NCBI GenBank assembly: GCA_046538485.1
Contig: JBKHIT010000007.1
Coordinates: 48,165-112,164 of the forward strand
Direction: 5' to 3'
DNA from: Candidatus Brocadiia bacterium
Lineage (GTDB): Bacteria; Planctomycetota; Brocadiia; SM23-32
DNA length: 64,000 bases
The first letter of the stretch is position 1. Each line of letters starts with the position of its first letter. The position numbers and the translations under genes were made by a program. Below are positions 60,360-64,000 of this stretch, piece by piece. The notes beneath the pieces were generated by a model. It saw only the letters and a list, made by a program, of their open reading frames with translations. It had not been told where the DNA came from and ran no database searches.

Positions 60360-60708
60360 TGAGGAATTTGCGCTGTGGGTCATTTTCCTGTTTTGACAAC
60401 GCTGCATTGGCTTGAGATTGCCACCGGCTGCGACACAGAGCCGGGCGCAAATTCCTCAGGTTTCCTTCGGAAAAGGTTTTAAAGGTTCTTGTACCATAAA
60501 CCTCATGTCTGGTGTCAATCATTCTGTAAGCTTGCAACCCTGCTTCTCGACCGCGCATACCGGAGACTCGAGTTCAGCTGAGCCCGCCACCAGCGGGCGA
60601 AACTGAACTTGAGGCGGGCAATGGCTCACAGACATCAAGATGCGCGGAGATTCAACCCGATCGGCCCGCGTTCTGAACTCCAGCCTCCGGCTGAAGTCCA
60701 GTCTGCTC
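60360..60708 (-). repeat. Modular palindromic repeat family, copy C
   Basis: 14-bp IR TGAGGAATTTGCGC...GCGCAAATTCCTCA; colinear with copy B. Confidence 0.9.
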
Positions 60709-60744
60709 ATGTGTCATGTCAGGAAACGCGATAGAAAACAGCGA

Positions 60745-60769
60745 GTCCCTTTCGTCCCTTAAGTCCCTT
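60745..60769. repeat. 9-bp-period tandem repeat (GTCCCTT x3)
   Basis: GTCCCTTTC GTCCCTTAA GTCCCTT. Confidence 0.6.
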
Positions 60770-60809
60770 CCTAAAAACAGGTTCATGTGGGATTGAATCG
60801 GGAGTGCGC

Positions 60810-60971
60810 TTGAGTCTCAAAGGTTTCACTCTCATTGAACTGCTGGTCGTGATCGCCATTATTGCTATTCCGGCGGATCGAGCAGAAAGACCCTCGTCCC
60901 CGGCGATTCCATCTGGAAGTTTATGGTCCTGGCACGTCGGCCTGCCTGCTGACCTGTTTCGGCATCAATGA
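60810..60971 (+). pseudogene. Orphan prepilin head (truncated DUF1559-like gene); not in the ORF track
   Basis: GGAG RBS, then TTG start: [20 protein letters not shown]. Similarity stops at ~60869, at the stop codon of the convergent gene; the frame runs antisense to TGA at 60969-71 (53 aa). Confidence 0.8.
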
Positions 60972-63180
60972 TATTGCAGGGCCGGGGCAGGGTCAGGGTA
61001 TGTTGCCCCCCGCGCACCGAGTGGATTCCGACCATGTTTCCGTTGGCCGCCACCACATCGCCCGGATCCGCCCAGGGTGTGCAGCCGCCGTAGATCGCCA
61101 GGGAGCGAATGAGTCTGGCCGGCAGAGGGACGGCCATTGAGAAGACCACGGCGAAATCGTTCCGGTCGCGTTTTCCGTCTTGTCCGTTGCCACTGGCTCC
61201 CCGTCCGAATTCTTTGAGGACCAGGCCGGCCCGGTTGGATTCCCACCATGCGCTGACCTTACCCAGCTCAACGGCTCCGTGTTCGGTGACATTGCTGGAG
61301 GGTTGCAGAACGGGTCCGTAGGAATAACTATCGCCGTAGGTGATCGGCCCGTTCAGTTCCGCCAGGGCCGGGTGATTTCCACCGTAGACCAGGACGCGCC
61401 GGGCCGATTCTACTTCTTTGATTTCCATCGGGATTCCGAGCAGGTCGGATACGGGAGCCGCGGACCTTTTTGTGCCGTCTGTGATGCCTGTGCTCGGCCC
61501 AAAAATGATTACACTGCCGTCCCGGAAGAGTTTTTCACGAATGAGCTTTTCTTTTCGATGGTTTATGTGGTAGAGATTCGGGAGGAGGTAACAGCGGTAG
61601 CGGGGGAAGTTATCGCGTTCAAGATCACTCAGGAGATAGACTCTCCAGGGCAACCCGGTATTGCCCAGGTGATCGGTTCTTTGCCTGAGAACCGCAAGGT
61701 TCTCAAACCCCGCGGTGAAGTCCGAATAGAGTGGGCTTGTATCGTCGATGATCATCGCCACGGCATGTTCGGTGCGCTCCAGCTTTCGGGTCAGCAGTTT
61801 GCGGCGCAGGGGCATTTGTTTTTTGAGAATGCGGAGCAGTTCCGGGTCATCGAAGAACCCTTTTCCTACGTTCATCCAGTAGGGGATGAGTCCCCGGCTG
61901 GCGGCGATCACGAGATTGCGCGTCAAACCGGCCCGGGCTTCGCGGGGGTTCCGCCAGGCGCCCTGCGTTTGGCGGCCGGGGCTGGAAGCCCAGCTGCGGG
62001 CATCGTCTTCGATCAGGAGCGTTTTGCTGCGGAGAACGAGAGAATCCCCTATTCCTTCCCCGTCCCAGCCGAACCCGCAGCTTCGTGCGGTATAATCGGC
62101 CGGTGTCACAAGCACATCGAGTTCGGGACGATCAAGCATCTCTGCTGCATCCGTTGAGTTGATGAGAACATTTCGCCAGTCATTTCCATGTCCGGCCGCG
62201 TGGAACGCGTCCTCGATCAGCCATCCCGACATAGGTTGTTTGAAAGCATCTGTGCCGACAAGCACCGGTCGGTCGCTCGCTTGACGCGTTGCCCTGAGCT
62301 CTCCTGCCGTCTGGCGAATCAAGTTGGCCCGCATCGACAAAAAATAATCTCTGTACCGCACCGTCCGGGATGGTTCCGGCCACTGCATCCAGTTGGCTCT
62401 GTCGTTTTCCCACTCTTTTGCGGTTGGCAAAGCGACGGTCTCGAAGGTTATGTTTTTGTCGTCCCATGCCTTCTGCAGTGCTTCATTTGTTTTATACTTT
62501 TCCTTGAGATAACGGAGGTATTCCCGCTTTGCGCCTTCCGACTGGTCGAAAAGCGTATAATGGAGAGTCAGGCGCATCTGCCCCTCATCCGGGCCGAAAG
62601 GAATGTATCCGATTACGCGGTCACCCCAGGACTGTTTTTCGCAGTAATTGACGATTCTCCGAGCCAGTTTCTTTCGACTTTTCAGGGCGATTCGTGAGGC
62701 GTAGGAAGCGCGATTGAGCTTCCGAGTTTCAGATGCCTGTGCTTCTCCGGGATATCGATTCGTCCACCCCCTCGGCACCGAGGATCCCCAGCGAACAAGG
62801 AAATGTGCTTCCGGACTCGCTTTCAGGATTTCATTTGCCTGTGCGTTCAGGGAATACCCATCGTTCCGGTCGCTCTCGTCTCCGAATTCACCCGGCCCGC
62901 GCCAGAAATAGGACGTGTGGAAATCTCCACCGTAATCTCCCCTCACAATGAGCATGAACAGGTCGGCTCCGGCCTCAGCCATCTGGCGGTTGCGGCGGTG
63001 CATTCCCTTTGGATACGTCTCACTGTAGATTGCCGTGTAAGCACGAGAACCATCGTATATGGTCGGTCTCCCATTTTTGACGTGCAATGTCGTTTTCACC
63101 CTCTGATTCCCTTCGGACTCTGCAAAAGCCGGTCCTATCAACAAAATTAATGCAGACAGAACAAGAACTTGGAAGAACAC
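60865..63180 (-). CDS. Secreted glycoside hydrolase, GH42/beta-galactosidase-like (TIM barrel + trimerisation-like domain)
   Basis: Signal peptide after a probable GTG at 63180 (GGGAG RBS; ATG 63291 is an alternative); VIGY...DE, LLIEDD, GLPWRVYLLSDL...LLPN. Family tentative. Confidence 0.6.
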   Translation of the reverse strand: MFFQVLVLSALILLIGPAFAESEGNQRVKTTLHVKNGRPTIYDGSRAYTAIYSETYPKGMHRRNRQMAEAGADLFMLIVRGDYGGDFHTSYFWRGPGEFGDESDRNDGYSLNAQANEILKASPEAHFLVRWGSSVPRGWTNRYPGEAQASETRKLNRASYASRIALKSRKKLARRIVNYCEKQSWGDRVIGYIPFGPDEGQMRLTLHYTLFDQSEGAKREYLRYLKEKYKTNEALQKAWDDKNITFETVALPTAKEWENDRANWMQWPEPSRTVRYRDYFLSMRANLIRQTAGELRATRQASDRPVLVGTDAFKQPMSGWLIEDAFHAAGHGNDWRNVLINSTDAAEMLDRPELDVLVTPADYTARSCGFGWDGEGIGDSLVLRSKTLLIEDDARSWASSPGRQTQGAWRNPREARAGLTRNLVIAASRGLIPYWMNVGKGFFDDPELLRILKKQMPLRRKLLTRKLERTEHAVAMIIDDTSPLYSDFTAGFENLAVLRQRTDHLGNTGLPWRVYLLSDLERDNFPRYRCYLLPNLYHINHRKEKLIREKLFRDGSVIIFGPSTGITDGTKRSAAPVSDLLGIPMEIKEVESARRVLVYGGNHPALAELNGPITYGDSYSYGPVLQPSSNVTEHGAVELGKVSAWWESNRAGLVLKEFGRGASGNGQDGKRDRNDFAVVFSMAVPLPARLIRSLAIYGGCTPWADPGDVVAANGNMVGIHSVRGGQHTLTLPRPCNIIDAETGQQAGRRARTINFQMESPGTRVFLLDPPE

Positions 63181-63283
63181 ATTTTTCTCCCGCTGGCAAG
63201 CGTATAGATTACTCAGCGATCTGATCTTGCAATTACTTCCTGATGGGCTCCAGCATTTCTTCTCCGTCAGTCCTCCCGCCTCA

Positions 63284-64000
63284 TCAGACATTTCGGTATT
63301 TCTCAATGTAGTTTTTGCGGGAATACTCTTCCACCATTTCCGAGTCGAGGGGATAGGTTCCGAATTCACGGCCGGTTCGGACCATAGCGGCGTAGTTTTC
63401 GGGTTTCACAGAGGGATGGATGCTGTTGGACGAGGCCAGGATGAAACCGCCGCCGGGCGCGCCTTTGGCCAGGGTTTCCTTGACCGCTTCGACGACCTCT
63501 TCGGGAGTGGCATGAGGCAAAAGCTGACCGCAGTCTACATTGCCAGCCAGCGATATACGATCCCCGTATGCCTCTTTGACCTCTCCCATATCCATTCCAG
63601 CGATCGGTTCAATGGGATCGAGGCAGGATATGCCGGTATCGACGATAGGATCGAGTATTTTCCAGAGACGACCGTCGGTGTGTTTGAGGAAGGGGAGATC
63701 GTGCCGGCGTGCCACCTCCACCGCCTGTTGGAGATAAGGGCAGACGAACTGTTCAAAATGGTCGGGTGACATGATAGGACCGCCGTTGTGGGCGTAGTCG
63801 TCTCCTGTGCAGAGGACATCAGCGCCGGCGCGCGCGGCCCGGTCAAGAACGGCCGCTTTGTATTCCATAACTTTCTCGGCGAGACGGTGCGCCAGTTCTG
63901 GACGCAGAGCGTAATCCATCAGGAGGTTTTCCATCCCCCGCAGATAATGCGAGAATTCGAAGGCATCGTGTCCCAGAAATACGATGGCCCGCTCGCCTTT
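63284..64000 (-). CDS. Uroporphyrinogen decarboxylase (URO-D/MtaA-like) family protein, 5' part outside the window
   Basis: RGMENLLMD, GDD, HTDG, GNVD, GGGFILASSNSI; the frame is open to the window edge. Confidence 0.88.
   Translation of the reverse strand, partial: KGERAIVFLGHDAFEFSHYLRGMENLLMDYALRPELAHRLAEKVMEYKAAVLDRAARAGADVLCTGDDYAHNGGPIMSPDHFEQFVCPYLQQAVEVARRHDLPFLKHTDGRLWKILDPIVDTGISCLDPIEPIAGMDMGEVKEAYGDRISLAGNVDCGQLLPHATPEEVVEAVKETLAKGAPGGGFILASSNSIHPSVKPENYAAMVRTGREFGTYPLDSEMVEEYSRKNYIEKYRNV

Noticed and set aside
60567..60613. Hammerhead ribozyme (CTGA-stem-GAAA), also at ~35966-36011
   Set aside because: The core needs CUGAnGA before stem II; here it is CAGCUGA or CAACUGA, and the flanks pair with each other as a simple hairpin rather than a three-way junction.
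52348..60971. Diversity-generating retroelement or shufflon acting on the pilin genes
   Set aside because: No reverse transcriptase, template/variable repeat pair or site-specific recombinase is present, and the pilin heads differ at many synonymous sites.

Overview
Bacterial chromosomal window, most likely from a PVC-superphylum (Planctomycetota-like) anaerobe. This is an inference from the prepilin-type DUF1559-like genes, mcsA-mcsB-clpC without ctsR, the groEL-groES-groEL-dnaJ-grpE order and a DUF4159 gene. The layout has four parts. (i) 0.2-4 kb: a giant secreted CBM9-like/FlgD-Ig/beta-propeller protein, followed by a repeat-rich intergenic region. (ii) 5-36 kb: housekeeping genes, including a partner-switching module, a chaperone operon with a sigma-54-type promoter, ribF, gap-pgk-rpe-accD, queD-mcsA-mcsB-clpC and nikR. 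(iii) 36.6-43.1 kb: a B12 radical SAM gene, tRNA-Met, and a tightly coupled operon joining an apparently cytoplasmic group-1a-like [NiFe]-hydrogenase to methylene-THF reductase MetV/MetF. (iv) 43.2-64 kb: an all-minus-strand accessory locus with a GntR/sugar-binding regulator, three prepilin-like genes plus an unannotated orphan pilin head, four large secreted putative glycan-active proteins and a URO-D-family gene. No SusC/D or ABC transporter is visible in this locus. The most promising candidates for undescribed biology are the hydrogenase-MetVF operon, the pilin-associated glycan-utilisation locus with signs of head/body rearrangement, and a modular palindromic repeat family found at four sites. 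All functional calls come from motif recognition by eye; no database searches were run.
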